Below, piece by piece: positions 24,637-25,229 of a stretch of DNA of 25,229 bases (position 1 is its first letter; the number at the start of each line of letters is the position of its first letter). A program made the translations under genes and the position numbers. The notes under the pieces were generated by a model that saw only the letters and a list, made by a program, of their open reading frames with translations, had not been told where the DNA came from and searched no databases. The stretch comes from Polyangiales bacterium (GTDB lineage: Bacteria > Myxococcota_A > Polyangia > Polyangiales > Houyiibacteriaceae): positions 1-25,229 of the forward strand of contig JBGCFM010000057.1 of NCBI GenBank assembly GCA_045106895.1, read 5' to 3'.

Positions 24637-25205
24637 CGGGCACCTCCAGAAACTTGATCGTGAGCGAGACGAAAGCGCGCTAGCGCGCGACTCGTGCGTT
24701 TTCTTGCGGTGGCCTCATCCACCTCGGCGAGCTCTGCGATTTCACGGAAGCTCAAGCCGGACTCAAAGCGCAGGAGGAGCGCTTCGCGGTCCGAGGGTTT
24801 CAACTCGTCGAGGGCCGTGCGCACCGTCTCCGCGCGCTGACGACGCTCGACGACATCGTCCGGCAGCTCGGCGTCTCGAGACACGTCGTGCACCAAACGC
24901 ATTCGACGCTCGCGTCGAACACGCTTGGCGAGCCGCTTGTTGCACATTCGCCGCGCAATCCCGAGCAGCCACGCTTTCGGCGAACCCTCGCCGCGCCAGC
25001 TGGCGAAGCTGTCGTGGGCGGCGATGAGCGCTTCCTGCACGGTCTCTTCGGCTTCTGCCTGGTCGCCGAGGAGCGCCATGCAGAGGCGACCCATCGCCAT
25101 GCCGTGGTGGTGAACGCAGGCGGCTATCGCTTCGCGATGCTTCCCTGCTTGGATGAGCACCGCGATCGGATCGCTGGGTGCCGAAACTCTTTCAATGGCC
25201 ATCAC
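24633..25205 (-). CDS. ECF RNA polymerase sigma factor
   Basis: Region 2: AEAEETVQEALIAA, SPKAWLLGIARR; region 4: ALDELKPSDREALLLRFESGLSFREIAE, TARKRTSRA. Confidence 0.95.
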   Translation of the reverse strand: MMAIERVSAPSDPIAVLIQAGKHREAIAACVHHHGMAMGRLCMALLGDQAEAEETVQEALIAAHDSFASWRGEGSPKAWLLGIARRMCNKRLAKRVRRERRMRLVHDVSRDAELPDDVVERRQRAETVRTALDELKPSDREALLLRFESGLSFREIAELAEVDEATARKRTSRALARFRLAHDQVSGGAR

Positions 25206-25229
25206 GCCCCCTTGTGCCCATGAGAGCGG

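Overview
High-GC bacterial DNA; gene content and style suggest a myxobacterium (Polyangiales/Sandaracinaceae-like), which is an inference. Left to right: (1) a translationally coupled minus-strand clock-like operon, kaiA3-like (receiver domain fused to a KaiA-type C-terminal motif), kaiB, kaiC (both ATPase domains and the S/T phosphosites intact) and a REC-PAS-HisKA hybrid kinase that runs off the left edge and is missing from the ORF track. It sits just downstream of tRNA-Ala(GGC) and its terminator. (2) A HAD-IG 5'-nucleotidase, several hypothetical genes and a CsgA-like SDR. (3) A divergent lipid/polyketide-type cluster: KS + catalytically dead CLF-like KS + serine-palmitoyltransferase-like PLP enzyme + lipoprotein on the minus strand, and FAAL + ACP + hotdog thioesterase + unknown protein + PlsC-family acyltransferase on the plus strand. 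(4) Two paralogous Tat-signal proteins behind an ECF-type promoter, a hypothetical, a cyclophilin lipoprotein, an M23 peptidase and a LITAF-like CxxC protein. (5) A tandem pair of 86-bp structured repeats. (6) An ECF sigma factor coupled to a 1392-aa anti-sigma-like/FecR/VIT/vWA/TPR protein. Several genes have a TAnnnT -10 hexamer 5-6 nt before the ATG, suggesting leaderless mRNAs. The best candidates for an under-described system are the KaiA3BC + kinase module in a probably non-photosynthetic host and the FAAL/ACP/KS-CLF/SPT aminolipid cluster. All family assignments come from motifs read by eye; no database searches were run.
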